Assembly: GCA_963827275.1 (NCBI GenBank)
Contig: CAWHAA010000004.1
Location: forward strand, 640,001-704,000
Source: an uncultured Spirochaetota bacterium
Lineage (GTDB): Bacteria > Spirochaetota > UBA4802 > UBA5550
Length of the DNA stretch: 64,000 bases
Direction: 5' to 3'
Shown in pieces: positions 50,240-61,661 of the stretch (position 1 is its first letter; the number at the start of each line of letters is the position of its first letter). The translations under genes and the position numbers were made by a program. A model generated the notes under the pieces. The model saw only the letters and a list, made by a program, of their open reading frames with translations, was not told the DNA's origin and did not search any database.

Positions 50240-53162
50240 TTACAAATACCGTTTCGTCTGTAGAATATCACCGGAGCCGGAGCCGATCCCGAAGATGAAG
50301 TCGAAACCGTACGGATGCTTGTACTCGTCGTGGTGGTCGAACCGGTAATAGCCCCTGACCCCCAGCACCAGCGGCGTCTCGATGGTGAAGAGATGAATCT
50401 CGGCGTACAGCTCGAGGCCGGCCGAGCGGAAATAGGCTTTTTCCTGCATCGCGTAGTCCCCGAACAGGTTTGCGTAGAAGCGCTTGAAGTGCAGCACGTG
50501 CACCAGGTTCCAGTCGGGGTTGAAGATGGGGAACAGGTAGTTGGCGCACGCCTTCCAGGTGGTTTCAGAGAATTCGTACACGTACCCGCGCGCGAAGCGC
50601 ATCTGGGCCGGGAAGCGGTACTCGTGCGGCCTCTGCATCTCGTACCCGCCCTGGAAGAACAGGCTGTGGTTTTTCAGAATGCCGGGGAACCAGAGGGTGC
50701 CGCTTATTGACAGGAGGCTGCCGTAGTTCGCGCCGTTGAAGGGGGTATGCCGGTAGACAATATCGACAGACTGCCCCCATGCCGGGTTGATGTCGCCGAA
50801 CCACCGGTAACCGTTGTAGAGGCTCGCGAAATAGGTCAGGGGGATGAACCGCCCGTTGTGGTACCGGTCCGGCGTATAATACACCGCGGGATACTCCATG
50901 CCCTCCGCCAGGATATAGCTGCCCCTGACGCCGACCGAGAGGCGCGTGTCGAACCTGCTGCAGGTGAGATTGAACGGGAGGGTGATCCCCAGGGACGGCC
51001 GGAGCTCGCTCCAGGTGTAGGAAAACGTTTTTTTGTAAAGGCCGTAGTACATCGAAATCTCGTAGGTGGAGGAGCGGCCGCCGTAGAAGAGGGCGGCGTC
51101 AAACACGGGATAGAGGCCGGCATAGCGTATGCCAAGCATGCCGCCGTGGGTGTTCTCGTTCCAGTTGTAGACATAGCCGGCGGACACCTCCGCGGTGCCG
51201 AGGAGGTTCTGCGATGAGACGGTGAGCGACAGCTCGTTCGAAAAAGGGTCCGCCATCGGGAGCCAGCTGTGCGGAACGAGCAGCGGAGTGAAATCGTGGA
51301 AGTTCCGCGGCTCATACGCGCCATCGGGAATGTCCTTCGTGATGTCCCCGGCGTCCTCCTGCGCCATGAGCGGCTCATGGTAGCGGATGCCCCGGTCTTC
51401 GACCTTCTCAATGGGCACCCATCGGGACGGATCGAGGGGCATCTCCACCGCGGTGTAGCCGTCTGCCGTCACGTCGTTGAAGGCGAGGCGGGTGCCGTCG
51501 GGGGACAGCGCGGGGTAGTAGGCGCCGAATTTCCTGGAGGTCACCTGGAATATTTTTTTCGACTGTATGCTGACCGCGTAGATGTTGTCGATCCCGGAAT
51601 AGGGAGACACGAAAAAGACATGCCGCCCGTCGGAGACGGGATAATAAATATTGAGCGCCGAATAGGGGACGAGGTCGGTCGAGGCCCCGGTATCCGTGTC
51701 GAGAAGGGATAGCGTCTTTCCCTTCAGCCGGTGGGTCTTCGTAAAAACGATCGATATGCCGTCGAGCGACCAGTGGGGCGTCTGAATGAATTCGTTGTGC
51801 GGGTTCGGGAACCGTGACAGCTCGGCGCCGGATTCCGCGTCAAGAAGGACCAGGGCGCATTCGTTGGCGACGGTGAATTCCACCGCGGCGATCTTTTTGC
51901 CGTCAGGGGAGAGGGCCGGCGCGAATAACCGCGTCTTCTTCGTAAGGAACTTTTTCTTTTTTGCCGCCAGGTCGTAGATGACGATTACGGAAAAGCTCTG
52001 CTGCCCCCAGCGGAGGTCGGGTATCGTCTCGGCCCAGACGACCCGTGGGCCGCCGACCGACGGCGCCGTGAAGTTGATTGTTCCCGGGTGGCAGAGACGT
52101 GCCTCCCTGCCGGTAGCGGGGTCTATCTTCATGAGCGTGTAAATGTCCTTCATGCCGTAGCGCAGGGTGATGATGCTCCCGTCAGGGGCGTACTGCGGCG
52201 CGTTGTTGTAGGTCCAGTTCTTCGGGTCGGTTTTATGCAGGGGGCTCGCGTCGGTGAGGGCAAGCCCCTCGATCTGTCCGCGCCAGAGGCGCTCCAGCTC
52301 GTCCATGGTCTCGTTGTATATGGAGTACCCGCTGCTCCCGGTCTGGGATATCAGCATGAAGTCGAACCAGTGCGGGACAAAGGGGCACCAGGCCGATCGC
52401 TTCATCACCTCCGCCCAGACGCCGGGGCCCCATTTCCGCCTCACGTGGGTGGTCAGGTAGTAGCCCATCAGGTAGGGCGAGGAGAGGGGGTCCCAGTCTC
52501 TGTACGAGCCGAACATCGCCTTGAAATACTTGTATCTTTTTCCGGAAAGGAGGAGGGCGCGGAGCTCGACGTCGAATTCAGGGATGCGTCCCCGGCCGCT
52601 TGAGGTGAGGAAGGTCTCCGCGCCGACCGCGTCCCCCTCGAGGAACCAGGTCGGCACCGAGAGGCGTTCCGCCACGGCAAGGCCCGCTTCGCCGAAGAGC
52701 ACATATACCGCCCTGTTGAACCCGCGGTTCAACCCGTCCAGCTGCACGATGTGCCTGAACTCATGGATCGCGAGCTCGGTGTACCAGTCGTTCGTGCCGG
52801 CGAATGACTTCTGGGGCGGGGTGTTCCACCACTGGGACCGGCGCGGCATGAGCGCCGCAAAGCCGTTCGATTCGGTTGACCGCGTGTAGAGAAGCACCGG
52901 GAGCCGCCGCTTCGGCATGAACTTCAGGCCCGCGGAGACGCGGGGGTACGCGTGCTCCAGGGTCGCCGCCACTCTCTGCGCGTCTTTCTCTATCCCGGCG
53001 GGGTAGATGACCGTAAAGTGCGCGGTGGTGATGGACCGCCACGTGATGCAGGGCGGGTTCTGGTCTGGCGGTGATGGCGCGGGCCGGCGCAGGCAGCGCC
53101 AGCGCGGCGAGTGCGATCATCAGGGCCGCTGCTATTGTTCGGGCGTTCAATTCCGTACGCAC
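50240..53162 (-). CDS. outer-membrane protein: HExxH peptidase-like domain + TolB-like propeller + C-terminal beta-barrel (frameshift near 53060)
   Basis: Signal peptide in ORF 52761-53162; NGFA, HEFRH, PTWFLEGDAV; repeated P.LSPDG; aromatic beta strands. Confidence 0.8.
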
Positions 53163-53342
53163 CTGTATATCACCGTGATGTCATGGATGTTGATGTACGG
53201 GGGCCCATGCCCCGCAGAAGCAGCGGGGCGGGCGGCCGTCTGCGCAGTATAGTGGAGCGGCAATAAAAATTTAAAGCTATTTTTTATTTCACGCCGCGCG
53301 CGCGGGCCGGTAATCCGCGGCCATGCAGCCGCGGGGGCCGGG

Positions 53343-55163
53343 TCATTTCCGCTTTATGAGGATTGCCGTCAGGTCGTCTTTGACAGGGCACCCTTCAACG
53401 AACCGGTCGAAATCCGCGAGGATGTGATCGAGTATCTCGCGGGCGGTCGCTCCGCGGGCGTTTTTCAGCGACCCCATGAGATCGGTTTCCTGGTATATCC
53501 GTCCTCTGCCGTCCTGTGATTCGATCATGCAATCGGTGTACATGAAGAGGCAATCTCCCGGCAGGAGCTTTATCGACAGCGCCGATATCGGCGCCCTCAT
53601 CTCCGCCACGCCGAGGAATCTGCCGGTAATCTTGTTCCCCGTCCTGTCGGTGACCTTCCCGGTTTTACCGGACGGCCCGGACCTGAACAACATGTCCGGG
53701 GAGGCGCTGTTGGCGTATTCCACCGTGTCGCCGTCAAACCGGAGCAGGATGCCCGTCACGTAGTTGTCGGTCTGCCCAATCTCCGCGATCAGGCCGTCGT
53801 TGATGAATTCCATGACCCTGCCCAGCTTCTCTTTCCTGTACAGGTGGAAATTCCTGGTGATGGTCGATTTGGCCAGGAGGGTCAGGAGGCCCGACGAGAC
53901 CCCGTGACCGGATACGTCGAACAGGCCGAGGCCTTTCAGCGACCCGTCCTCCTCGTAGAAATCGAAGAAGTCCCCGGAGACCTCCGCCCACGGGCGCGAG
54001 GTAAAGGCGATATCGTAGCAGTCATCATCGGGCTGCTCCTTCGGCAGGAACGACGCCTGCACGGCGGCCGCCAGCACCATCTCCTTTTTCCTGGACCTCT
54101 CGTTCTCCTCAAGGGTCTTGTTTGTCTGTATGAGGTTGTCGTTCATCGCTTCCAGCTCGTTGTTGGCCGCCTCGATTTCATCGAATGCGTCTTCGAGCTC
54201 CTCGGTCCTCTGGGCCACCTTGGCTTCCAGATTGAGATTGAGGTCCATCAGCTGGTTCCTCGATTCACGGAGCCTGTTTTTCATCTCGTCCACTTCGAGG
54301 ATGATCTGGCTGATCTCGTCGTGCATCGGGACCTCGCGGGGCTGGCAGTTGAGGTCGCCGCTTCCGATCTTCTGCAAAAAGTCCGTGACGATGCTGGCCC
54401 TGTTCCTGATGGTCTTCGTGAGCAGCAGGGGGCTTAATATCCCGATAGCGAAGGACAGGAGGGCGAAGATCGCCATGCGCACGTAAAGGAGCGTGTTCGC
54501 AACCCCCGTCGTTTCGACCGTGATGTAAAAAAAGGTCACAATGAAAATCATCGGCAGGAGAACGGCCGAGACCGAGAGGGCGGTAAGGCGCTGAAGAAGG
54601 CTGATGCGGCGTGTATAATCGGCTCTGGTTTTTTCGGGGAAGGCGCCCCTGTCGAGCAGGCCCTGCACGAGAATTTCCGTTATAGAGAAGTATGATATCG
54701 CGCCGAGTATCGAGCAGATGACAACGCCCATCCACATGTTGACGAGCTGCGGCGTCCTCATGTCAACTAGTATTGAAAAGGGGACGATGGCGTTTGCCAG
54801 GAGGAGGGCCCACCTGAAAAAGGCCCCGACTGAGTGTATGACGGGAAGCCGGACCAGGCGCTTTTTCGCGCGCTCATATTCATCGGCGGCGACTGTCTCC
54901 CCTTTCATGGTTTTATTGAAATACCGGATGATCGGGAGAAGCACGATCCAGTTATTGACCAGCACAAACACGATGCCGAACACGAATGCGGGCGGCCAGA
55001 TTTTATTGAACACGCTCAATTGTTCCGGCGTCAGCTGGATATTGGCCCAGACATAGAACAATATGCCCGGCACTATGATAAAAAAACTGTATGCTTCGGT
55101 AAACAGGTTGAAGCGGAGGTAAAAATTTTTAAAATAGCGAGTATCCTGGTTACGGTCCATCAA
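53343..55163 (-). CDS. membrane sensor with HAMP and PP2C/SpoIIE phosphatase
   Basis: About six TM segments, DEI HAMP, coiled coil, VSGDFFD, DVSGHG, YTD, DDLT. Confidence 0.88.
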   Translation of the reverse strand: MMDRNQDTRYFKNFYLRFNLFTEAYSFFIIVPGILFYVWANIQLTPEQLSVFNKIWPPAFVFGIVFVLVNNWIVLLPIIRYFNKTMKGETVAADEYERAKKRLVRLPVIHSVGAFFRWALLLANAIVPFSILVDMRTPQLVNMWMGVVICSILGAISYFSITEILVQGLLDRGAFPEKTRADYTRRISLLQRLTALSVSAVLLPMIFIVTFFYITVETTGVANTLLYVRMAIFALLSFAIGILSPLLLTKTIRNRASIVTDFLQKIGSGDLNCQPREVPMHDEISQIILEVDEMKNRLRESRNQLMDLNLNLEAKVAQRTEELEDAFDEIEAANNELEAMNDNLIQTNKTLEENERSRKKEMVLAAAVQASFLPKEQPDDDCYDIAFTSRPWAEVSGDFFDFYEEDGSLKGLGLFDVSGHGVSSGLLTLLAKSTITRNFHLYRKEKLGRVMEFINDGLIAEIGQTDNYVTGILLRFDGDTVEYANSASPDMLFRSGPSGKTGKVTDRTGNKITGRFLGVAEMRAPISALSIKLLPGDCLFMYTDCMIESQDGRGRIYQETDLMGSLKNARGATAREILDHILADFDRFVEGCPVKDDLTAILIKRK

Positions 55164-55433
55164 CCCTCCATGCGCGGTACTGAATGCTGATTGCCCCGGG
55201 CGGGCGGCCGGCGTCGAGAAACCGGCGGCACGTGCGGGCCCCTGACAATGCCGGAATCCCCACGTTTTTACGTTCGGTAAACAGGGGCGCGGACAATAGG
55301 ATTTTTTATTGCCGGCGATGGCAGTATTAGCTTTGACAGGCGCCGTGATATGAGGTATACTTTGTACAGGTAGGCACGCGCCGGAATAGAATAACCGGTG
55401 TTGTTGTGCAAAAAATCATTCCTGGAGGTTGAT

Positions 55434-56087
55434 ATGACAGAGGCATCGATACAGGCGCTGCAGGGACTCAGGGACCTGAGCATGCTGAAATGGTACGTGA
55501 TACCGCTGCTTGCGATCGTCATGTATATCTACGCGATCGAGATAAAAAAGGCCCGGGAAGCCGCGAACTGGGACGCGGTATTCGCCGGGCTCACGCTCTT
55601 CGGGATGGATTTTATCAACGAGACCTGGAACGGCTGGGTGTTCCACCTGACCCAGCGCTCCGCCTTCTGGACCACGCCGGGCGACACGGCCCTGCGCACC
55701 ACGGTGGGGTGGAACATCGAAATCATGTTCATGTTCGCGATCGCGGGGATCATTTTTTATCATACCCTGCTGCCGAATAAGGACACGAAGATTCTCGGCC
55801 TGCCGAACCGGTGGTTCTTCGCGCTCCTCTTCGCCGCGTTCTGCACCTTCGTGGAGTGCGTCCTGAATTACGGCGGCCACCTCGTCTGGGAATACCCCTG
55901 GTGGTTCCGGTCGTTCGGCGGCGTGTGGCTTGTTTTTATCTTTGGATACCTGATTTTCTTTGTCGCGATCAATATCATGCTGGGCCTGTCCAGCGTGAAG
56001 AAGAAGCTCATTTTCATCGGGGCAATTTACGCGATCGCGATCGCGGCGAACGTGATAGGGCTGGGGATACTCGATTTCATGTACTGA
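55434..56087 (+). CDS. polytopic membrane protein
   Basis: GGAGG RBS; about seven hydrophobic segments. Confidence 0.75.
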   Translation: MTEASIQALQGLRDLSMLKWYVIPLLAIVMYIYAIEIKKAREAANWDAVFAGLTLFGMDFINETWNGWVFHLTQRSAFWTTPGDTALRTTVGWNIEIMFMFAIAGIIFYHTLLPNKDTKILGLPNRWFFALLFAAFCTFVECVLNYGGHLVWEYPWWFRSFGGVWLVFIFGYLIFFVAINIMLGLSSVKKKLIFIGAIYAIAIAANVIGLGILDFMY

Positions 56088-56126
56088 CGGCCCTGCAGGC
56101 CGGGGGCGGCGCGCCCTGCGCCGCCC

Positions 56127-57428
56127 TTACCGCTTCCTGGCCACCATCAGGTTTGACTGGCCCGGGCCGAAGAGGATGCCGTACCCGAAATTGAAGGGCA
56201 GGGGCCTGCTGCCGGCCGCATAGCGCTGCGCGAGGTCGTCCTGCGAAACCGGCGCGCAGTTTTGCAGCTGGAGAGCGGGGCGGTATACGCCGTAGAGCGT
56301 GGTGCTCCATCCTTTTGTGAAGAACCTGAAGGGGATCCCTGAATCGTCCTGCACCACGAGGGTGCTGCGTCCGAGTATAAAATCCCGGACCGGCTCGTAG
56401 GGCGGGTGATGGAGGAGGTATACCGCGGACTTCAGCAGGGTCTTGACCCCCCTCAGCCGCGTCAGGTATCTGCCCTCCGGCGTTTCACCGCTCACGGATT
56501 GCGGCCCGATTTTCATGGACAGGTAGACCAGCTCGCGCGCGCTCCTGTCCTTTCCGGTAAAGCGGATGCGCAGGCCGGTTATTTTTCCCCGGGGACCGGA
56601 CGGTACCCGGGCCGCGGTCGGCGAGAGCTCGCCTGAATCGTCGATGAAGACGTTGTCCACCGCGGTTACGACCAGGCCGAGCCGGGCCATGAAGATAAGC
56701 AGCGCCGGCGCCGCACCCGGCAGAAGCGTGTTGGCCATCTCCTGGGCCATGATCTTCGATTGGAAGTAGTTGTTGACCCCGTACATGTAGATGCCCCGCT
56801 GTACCGGGACAAGCCCGTCGACCAGCCGCCTGGAGCGGTGGTCGCGCAGCAGTGAAGCGTCCCCCTCCGGTTCCATGGCAATCATGAGGTACCTGCGGGC
56901 GTTCGGAAAGAAGGAATACAGGTTGATGAAGTCCGCCCCGCTCAGCGGGTAAAAGGCGGTGGCGCGGAACCAGAGCGCCGGTACATTGCGCTTCCGCCAG
57001 GGTGTTACGATGTCGATGGTTTCCTTCTGTATCCTGCCCCAGAGGTCGTCCATGAAACGCCGGTGCTCACGGTAGCGGGGCTCCTGCGTTTTCTGCCAGA
57101 GGTCGCTTTTCTCGCGGACTTCCATCCCCGCAAGGTAGCGCGCAACATCGTTCCAGTAGGGGTCGGCCCCGGCGCCCCGGGCCTGCCTCATGCAGGTGAC
57201 GTTGACGCCCGCCGCCAGTATCGGGAAGACCAGCATGCAGAGAACAAATGTAATTTTTATGGTTTCAGAAGGCCTGTGCCTGAGCAGGCTTTTCCCGTAG
57301 AGCCGTTTTTCCGGTGTTCGCCCCGTGCGGGACTCCCGCCGCGTCCTTTTCATTTTCATGGGAGCCAATGATACAGGCGGGCGCAGGGGTTTAAAGCATT
57401 TTTTGCGCGGCAGGCGCGGCGTCCGCAA
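56127..57428 (-). CDS. hypothetical protein (YPLSGAD family), paralogue of 24941-26104
   Basis: YPLSGAD, KSAVYLLH, VQDDSGIP, LPFNFGY; true start probably downstream of 57428. Confidence 0.75.
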   Translation of the reverse strand: MRTPRLPRKKCFKPLRPPVSLAPMKMKRTRRESRTGRTPEKRLYGKSLLRHRPSETIKITFVLCMLVFPILAAGVNVTCMRQARGAGADPYWNDVARYLAGMEVREKSDLWQKTQEPRYREHRRFMDDLWGRIQKETIDIVTPWRKRNVPALWFRATAFYPLSGADFINLYSFFPNARRYLMIAMEPEGDASLLRDHRSRRLVDGLVPVQRGIYMYGVNNYFQSKIMAQEMANTLLPGAAPALLIFMARLGLVVTAVDNVFIDDSGELSPTAARVPSGPRGKITGLRIRFTGKDRSARELVYLSMKIGPQSVSGETPEGRYLTRLRGVKTLLKSAVYLLHHPPYEPVRDFILGRSTLVVQDDSGIPFRFFTKGWSTTLYGVYRPALQLQNCAPVSQDDLAQRYAAGSRPLPFNFGYGILFGPGQSNLMVARKR

Positions 57429-57453
57429 AAAAAGAGCGCTGCGGCAACGCCGG

Positions 57454-58479
57454 TCACTTGTCGCGCAGCGTGTGGCATGCGCGCCCGGGATGCTTGTCGA
57501 AGTAATCCTGATGCTCTTCCTCGGCGTAATAGAACGGCCCGGAGGGCCTGATCTCCGTCACCGACTTTTTCCCGAATACACCGGACTTGTCGAACTGTTC
57601 CTTCGATTTTTCCGCCGCACGCTTCTGCTCTTCAGTGTGATAGAAGATGATTGAGCGGTACTGGGTCCCGAGGTCCGGCCCCTGGCGGTTCAGCTGGGTC
57701 GGGTCATGGAGTCGCCAGAAATAGCCGAGCAGCTCGGCGTATGAAATGACCGACGGGTCGTATTCAACGCGCACCGCCTCGGCATGGCCCGTTGTGCCGG
57801 TGGCCACGTCGCGGTAGCTGGGGTATTCGGTGCTGCCGCCCGCGTATCCGACGGTCGTATCCACCACGCCCTTGATCTGCTTGAAGATATGCTCGACGCC
57901 CCAGAAGCACCCTGCCGCGAAGGTCGCCAGTTTCGTTTTTTTCAATGATTTCTTTTTTTTGAACAGGTACGCGTACTCGCCATAGCCCTCTTTCTCGAGG
58001 TCTTCGGCGGGGATAAACCGCAGGGAGGCTGAATTTATGCAGTAGCGGAGTCCGGTCGGCGCCGGGCCGTCGTCGAATACATGGCCCAGGTGCGAATCAC
58101 CCTGCCTGCTCCTGACCTCGGTCCGGATGGCCAGGAGGCTTTTATCCGTCTTCATTGTGATGTTTTCTTTTGAAATGGGACGGGTAAAGCTGGGCCACCC
58201 GGTGCCTGAATCGAATTTGTCAGCCGAGCTGAACAATGGCTCGCCGGAGATCAGGTCAACATAGATGCCGGGCCGGTGGTTGTCCCAGTATTCATTCCTG
58301 AAGGGGGGCTCGGTGCCGCATTCCTGCGTGACCCGGTATTGTTCCGCGGTCAGTTTCTTCATCAGGTCCTTTTTGTCCGATTTGCTCATGGCAGACGTCC
58401 CCTCTTTGCAACAAATATTCGGGTACGACATTCCTGCAAGGATTAAAAATATTAAAGATAATTTTATAAGGCTGCCCAT
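57454..58479 (-). CDS. msrAB: bifunctional methionine sulfoxide reductase MsrB-MsrA, with signal peptide
   Basis: [11 protein letters not shown] and RYCINS (MsrB); GCFWG and GHAEAV (MsrA). Confidence 0.95.
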   Translation of the reverse strand: MGSLIKLSLIFLILAGMSYPNICCKEGTSAMSKSDKKDLMKKLTAEQYRVTQECGTEPPFRNEYWDNHRPGIYVDLISGEPLFSSADKFDSGTGWPSFTRPISKENITMKTDKSLLAIRTEVRSRQGDSHLGHVFDDGPAPTGLRYCINSASLRFIPAEDLEKEGYGEYAYLFKKKKSLKKTKLATFAAGCFWGVEHIFKQIKGVVDTTVGYAGGSTEYPSYRDVATGTTGHAEAVRVEYDPSVISYAELLGYFWRLHDPTQLNRQGPDLGTQYRSIIFYHTEEQKRAAEKSKEQFDKSGVFGKKSVTEIRPSGPFYYAEEEHQDYFDKHPGRACHTLRDK

Positions 58480-58640
58480 GAATCCTCCATTATATTCTAA
58501 AATACTAAATGTATGGGTATGCGGGTAATTATTTTTTTATGTGATGCAAAAAAATTTCATGCGCCGGGCAGGGTGCGTCCGGCAGGACCGTCATAAAAAA
58601 AGCTTGTCATTTCTCGGCAGTCGCGTCCCGTAGTAACGCA

Positions 58641-59120
58641 ATGGACGTCATGAGTAAAATTACCGTTCTATTCTGCCTTGCGGCCCTCACGGCCGCGGTC
58701 GGTATGACGGGGGCCCTGGCCGCGGGAAACGCCCCGGCAGGCCGTGAGGGGACCGGTCCGCTCATGGAAAAAGCGGACAAGGATTCCGGCCATCATGACC
58801 TCACCAACGATCCGCCCGGCGAGACAAGGACCTACCGCGACAGCGGGTTGATCATAACCGTGAAAAAGCTGCCTGACGAGCTCGGCGGGCATAAGACATT
58901 CGAAGTGACGGTAGAGAACCAGAACGCGGTAAAAAAATCGCTGAGCGGCAGGATCTGCCTGTTCGACCTGCGCATCAAGCAGGCTGAATGCGGCTCGGGG
59001 GAGTGCCCGGTGTACATGGAGGTCCGGCCGAAATCGAAAGATACAAAAAAATTCAACTGCAGGGAAAAGTCTTTTTTCAGCGCCTGGACCTTTGTCATGG
59101 AGCAGGTATATGATTATTAA
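58641..59120 (+). CDS. exported hypothetical protein
   Basis: Signal peptide; beta-rich with four Cys. Confidence 0.65.
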   Translation: MDVMSKITVLFCLAALTAAVGMTGALAAGNAPAGREGTGPLMEKADKDSGHHDLTNDPPGETRTYRDSGLIITVKKLPDELGGHKTFEVTVENQNAVKKSLSGRICLFDLRIKQAECGSGECPVYMEVRPKSKDTKKFNCREKSFFSAWTFVMEQVYDY

Positions 59121-59135
59121 TGAAGCGCGCCGGAG

Positions 59136-60026
59136 GTGAGAGTGCTGCGCGACGGTGACAGCGGCGGGAGAGGGGACGAAGGGATCGTCAGCGGTGTCCT
59201 GGAGTCGTCACATCGCGGGACCTGTATACGGGGCGATGACGGAATGGAATATTTTTCCGGTGAAAACATCTGGCGGGGCTATCTCATCCACTGGGCGGGG
59301 CGGGGAGTGCGCGCGCGCCGTCTCCCCCAGGTGGATTACGAGACGGGCAGGAGGATCATCATACTGTGGCCCCGCGAGGACGGGCCGAGGCCGCCGTACG
59401 TTGAGCTGTATTATAACGAACGGCTGGTGAAGTATCCCGCGTCGGTCTTCGGGCATATCGCCATAAATGTAAACGGGACGGTCTTCAACTTTTCGCACCT
59501 CATCAACGAAAACGAGGCCATAAGCGAGGAGGAGTATCTGTATCGTCCCGCCCTCGGTGAGTTCGCGCCTTCTCCGGCAACCGGACGCTTCGATGTGTCC
59601 GACCGGTCACAGCCCTACTACGACAAGTTCGGGAGAAATTTCATGAGGACGATCCATGCCCTTCATGTCGAGGGCATCGATACCGGCAGGCTCATGGAGA
59701 TGTTCCAGGGTGAAATCGGCCTGATACGCGCCACGCCCGTAAGCGCGCGGCGGCCGGACAAGTACCGTGATTTTCATTTCCTGAAAAGGAGCTGTACGAC
59801 AATTATCCGTGACGGCCTGCGGCGGTGCGGCTACCCGGACATTCGCGGCATTTTGCCGCGGGACATGTTTGTGAGCGCGGCATACGTGATCCTGCGGAGC
59901 AGCGGCCCCTCCGTCAGGGCGCGGGCGTACCGCATGGAGCAGCTCAAGGTGGACGAGTCCCCCTATAGCGCCGTCCCCCCCCTCTTCAATCCCCTCAATG
60001 CGTATCGTGTCAGGAAAATTTACTGA
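59136..60026 (+). CDS. hypothetical protein, possible permuted papain-like peptidase
   Basis: FGHIAI followed later by FLKRSCTT (His before Cys). Confidence 0.55.
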   Translation: MRVLRDGDSGGRGDEGIVSGVLESSHRGTCIRGDDGMEYFSGENIWRGYLIHWAGRGVRARRLPQVDYETGRRIIILWPREDGPRPPYVELYYNERLVKYPASVFGHIAINVNGTVFNFSHLINENEAISEEEYLYRPALGEFAPSPATGRFDVSDRSQPYYDKFGRNFMRTIHALHVEGIDTGRLMEMFQGEIGLIRATPVSARRPDKYRDFHFLKRSCTTIIRDGLRRCGYPDIRGILPRDMFVSAAYVILRSSGPSVRARAYRMEQLKVDESPYSAVPPLFNPLNAYRVRKIY

Positions 60027-60042
60027 TGCCGCGCAGGGGCGG

Positions 60043-60603
60043 CTATTTCCCCATCCGGATCAGCCGCCCGATAAAATTCGGATATGTTTTCCGCGAGACA
60101 AATCCGGGCCTGTAGGCGCGCACTTCCTCGATGGTGATGAATGCGTTCGGTTCCATGATGTTGACTATCTCAAGAAAGTGATTGAGGCTTTTTTTCTGGA
60201 CGAGGGAATAGATGATCGAAACGGGCCCTTTCAGTCCCATGCCGTCGCTGATCGTCACCCCGTATCCCTCCTCGCGAAGCATGAGCGGCAATGCCGAGAC
60301 CTCCTTGCTGGTAATGACGCGTATCGATTTGAACCCGAAGGGCAATTTTTCTTCGAGCAGCATGCCGACGTAATTGCCGGCGGCGAAACCGGCGGCATAG
60401 ATGAGGTAGCTGTAAATGTTTTCAAGGCTGGCCAGGGCCTTGCTTATTGCGGTCAGCCAGATGAGGACCTCGAAGAAACCGAAAATCGGCGCGACATATC
60501 GATACCCGCGGGATATCAGGACTATTCGCACGGTGCCGATTGATACGTCCAGTATGCGCGCGAAAAATATGTATGCCATGGTAAGGAGCTCAGCCTGCGT
60601 CAT
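60043..60603 (-). CDS. DUF2179/DUF5698 (UPF0316-like) membrane protein
   Basis: ARILDVSIGTVR, GFFEVLIW, YAAGFAAGNYVG, LREEGYGVT, PNAF. Confidence 0.88.
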   Translation of the reverse strand: MTQAELLTMAYIFFARILDVSIGTVRIVLISRGYRYVAPIFGFFEVLIWLTAISKALASLENIYSYLIYAAGFAAGNYVGMLLEEKLPFGFKSIRVITSKEVSALPLMLREEGYGVTISDGMGLKGPVSIIYSLVQKKSLNHFLEIVNIMEPNAFITIEEVRAYRPGFVSRKTYPNFIGRLIRMGK

Positions 60604-60866
60604 TCCCGTCATCCCTCCGTAACGTGCGGCGGTTCGGGCCGCCGCCGGGCGCAGTGGGGCCGTCAGCGCCATTGCATGGTATTGCACCATCCGGGGCCGT
60701 TGTCAAAAATAAAATTTGTCCCGGTTGAATTTTTCAATTGATGTTTTTCGGGTACGGTCCTATGACTACCTTCAATCCGCTATCCGCCGTATGTTTTCCG
60801 GTGCCCGCCTGGCGGGCAGCTGCGGCGTGTGGCGAACTGGTGCCGGGAAAAATCAATGCGGGACAT

Positions 60867-61661
60867 ATGAAAGGCTATAAGAAAAAATTCACATTTAAAA
60901 TAGGCACCACCTCCTACATCCTGCCGGTGAAGGAGGACAACCTGGTGTCCAATGTGGGCTTTCTCAAGGACAGCTTTGACATCGTCCAGCTTCTCTTCTT
61001 CGGGAGGGAGTATCTCGACGAGGTCATGTCGCCGCGGATCATCAGGGACCTCGCGGCCATACGGGAAGATGCGGGGCTTGCCTATACGGTACATCTGCCG
61101 TCCGACCTTGGGCTGCTGGATGCGTCTGATGATTCGCTGCGTTCATCGCTTGACGTGCTGGAGCGTGTCATTGATGAAACGGCCCCGCTTGGCGTCGAGG
61201 GGTATGTCCTTCATGTTGACAGGCTTGTGAACGGGGCGCCGAGGGTGGAGCCTGACGCCGTACACAGGGAGCTCTATCACAGGGCGCTCGATGCGATACG
61301 GGCCAGGCTGGGGAGCGCCGCGGCAAACATATACATAGAAAATACGACCTATGACCTGGTCTTTTTCAGCGGGATAATCATGAAGTCCGCCTGCAACGTC
61401 TGCCTGGATGCCGGGCACCTGGCGTTGCACAATCAGGACCCGGAAAAATTTATTGAGGTCTTCGGCCCGCGTATACGACAGGTGCACCTGCATGGGATTG
61501 CCGGGGGAAGGGACCACCAGGCGCTTACCGGATTGGATGCCGGTACCGGCGGGAGCATCTCCCGATTTCTACATGGGTTTAACGGTTCGGTGATCATCGA
61601 GGTCTATAACTTCCTCGACCTGGTGAAATCGGCGGAATATATAGAAAGCATATTGTATTGA
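60867..61661 (+). CDS. CbiR-like cobamide remodelling phosphodiesterase (AP endonuclease 2 TIM barrel)
   Basis: IGTTSYI.P, YTVHLP.D, IEN, CLDAGH, HLHG, DH. Confidence 0.75.
   Translation: MKGYKKKFTFKIGTTSYILPVKEDNLVSNVGFLKDSFDIVQLLFFGREYLDEVMSPRIIRDLAAIREDAGLAYTVHLPSDLGLLDASDDSLRSSLDVLERVIDETAPLGVEGYVLHVDRLVNGAPRVEPDAVHRELYHRALDAIRARLGSAAANIYIENTTYDLVFFSGIIMKSACNVCLDAGHLALHNQDPEKFIEVFGPRIRQVHLHGIAGGRDHQALTGLDAGTGGSISRFLHGFNGSVIIEVYNFLDLVKSAEYIESILY

Noticed and set aside
60690..60866. cobalamin riboswitch upstream of the cbiR-like gene
   Set aside because: B12-box and other conserved elements are not recognisable.
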